Shown here in pieces: positions 33,682 to 34,847 of a stretch of DNA of 34,847 nucleotides. The notes under the pieces are model-generated. The model did no database searches. It was given only the letters and a program-made list of their open reading frames with translations, and was not told where the DNA came from. Position numbers and translations under genes: made by a program. The DNA is from a virus (lineage: Duplodnaviria; Caudoviricetes): positions 1-34,847 of the IMG/VR virus record IMGVR_UViG_3300038673_000693; one strand, 5' to 3'. Within the stretch, counting starts at the first letter, position 1, and each line of letters starts with the position of its first letter.

Positions 33682-34847
33682 TGACAATAGAACAATTTAA
33701 TCATATTAAAGATGTACTGGATGAACTTGATAACCAGAGACCTGCTCGTTTTGGTTATACTGAAGCTGCAGTAAACGCTACAGGAGCAGCGGAAATCGCA
33801 GCTTTGGAAGGATTGTTTATCATAGAAGACCCTACACAGATTAACTCTATCCCTACTCCTGACCTGGTAGGCATGGACCCTATTATTAACAATATAGGAC
33901 TCAGGGCTCAGGCAGCCACTATATCAAGAATGGCTGTAAATCATTTTTTCGGCAGGCTTGGGCTTAACCTTCTTAAAGTTACAGAGAAGCTAAAGCTTCT
34001 TGTCAGTGATCACCTGGTTAACAGGTACATCACTCCATCTGGAAATGTTCTTGAAAGGATAACGGTGACGCAGGATGCCGATGAAATCATTCTTATTCAG
34101 CACAGGTCTCCTCTGTCTGCTTCAGCTCCTGTGACTGCCTCCGCACCGGTTACCCTGTCTCCTGCAGTATATGACGGGAACGCAGGAGTGATGACAGGTG
34201 CGGATAAAAAAATACTTGATGACTTGAGCAGTGCTTTTTCAAATCTCGGAAGCACTGCAGTTCTGCTCACAACAGACCAGTCGATCGGAGGCGTGAAGAC
34301 CTTTACCTCTATCCCTTTGCTTCCGGGTTCTGACCCTACTCTGGATAACCAGGCTGTAAGAAAAGCTTATGTCGATTATAAGGTTAATTCAATCGCTACT
34401 CCTGTTGTGGAAATTGCATCTGATACTATATTATCACCTAACACAATATATGTGATAAATGCTTCTGCTATAGTTATTCTAACACTTCCTACTTCTTCTG
34501 CAGCAGGAGATTCAATCAGAATAATAGATACAACCAGGTTCGGGTTTAAATTGAAACGTGGAGATTTTACGACACAAACAATCCGGTATCAATCAGGTCA
34601 AATAAATCCGCATCCGACTTTTAATGAGTATATATCAAATTATTATACATACTCTTCATGGCTGCTTTACTGTGTGGATGCAAATACAGAATGGCAGGAA
34701 GTTTCAGAAGGGCAGTTTGTGTATCACAAAGGTAAAGGATACTGTATGGGCGGATCTATTACTACTGCTTTTGTTGCTGTTATAGAAGATATGAATTTTG
34801 TAGATGAGACTTCTAATGTGATAACTGCGACATTAAATACAGCAAAA
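33681..34847 (+). CDS. Tail fibre protein, truncated at the window edge; not in the ORF track
   Basis: TAATG coupling; open for 389 codons; fibre motifs AGVMTGADKKILD, DQSIGGVKTF, DNQAVRKAYVD, TLPTSSAAGDSIRIID. Confidence 0.85.
   Translation, partial: MTIEQFNHIKDVLDELDNQRPARFGYTEAAVNATGAAEIAALEGLFIIEDPTQINSIPTPDLVGMDPIINNIGLRAQAATISRMAVNHFFGRLGLNLLKVTEKLKLLVSDHLVNRYITPSGNVLERITVTQDADEIILIQHRSPLSASAPVTASAPVTLSPAVYDGNAGVMTGADKKILDDLSSAFSNLGSTAVLLTTDQSIGGVKTFTSIPLLPGSDPTLDNQAVRKAYVDYKVNSIATPVVEIASDTILSPNTIYVINASAIVILTLPTSSAAGDSIRIIDTTRFGFKLKRGDFTTQTIRYQSGQINPHPTFNEYISNYYTYSSWLLYCVDANTEWQEVSEGQFVYHKGKGYCMGGSITTAFVAVIEDMNFVDETSNVITATLNTAK

Noticed and set aside
1-34847. Alternative genetic code or GATC avoidance
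   Set aside because: TAA, TAG and TGA all end genes that tile cleanly, and GATC occurs many times.
1-34847. Host assignment and lifestyle
   Set aside because: No integrase, repressor, att site or host gene was recognised in the window, so neither can be supported.

Overview
A 34.8-kb segment of a tailed dsDNA phage with a contractile tail (myovirus-type; DUF1073 portal / DUF2213 protease / DUF2184 capsid-type head module). The host cannot be determined from this window. Bases 1-4012 are a tightly packed leftward operon of small early-type genes, including a RadC/JAB protein and a truncated hexapeptide-repeat protein. Bases 4013-7030 are a strand-switch control region with iteron-like repeat arrays, a 31-bp inverted repeat pair, an AT-rich tract, a 108-bp palindrome, four small orphan genes and a candidate small RNA. 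Bases 7034 to the end are a rightward morphogenesis operon from terminase to the start of a tail fibre. The standout element is a 345-aa intein in the large terminase whose HNH homing endonuclease is not part of the intein polypeptide. It is a separate nested gene with its own ribosome binding site in a different reading frame, which makes 717 bp dual-coding. A -1 frameshift signal in the tail chaperone and an internal scaffold start in the protease gene are directly visible. Product calls come from motif recognition and gene order only; no database search was run.
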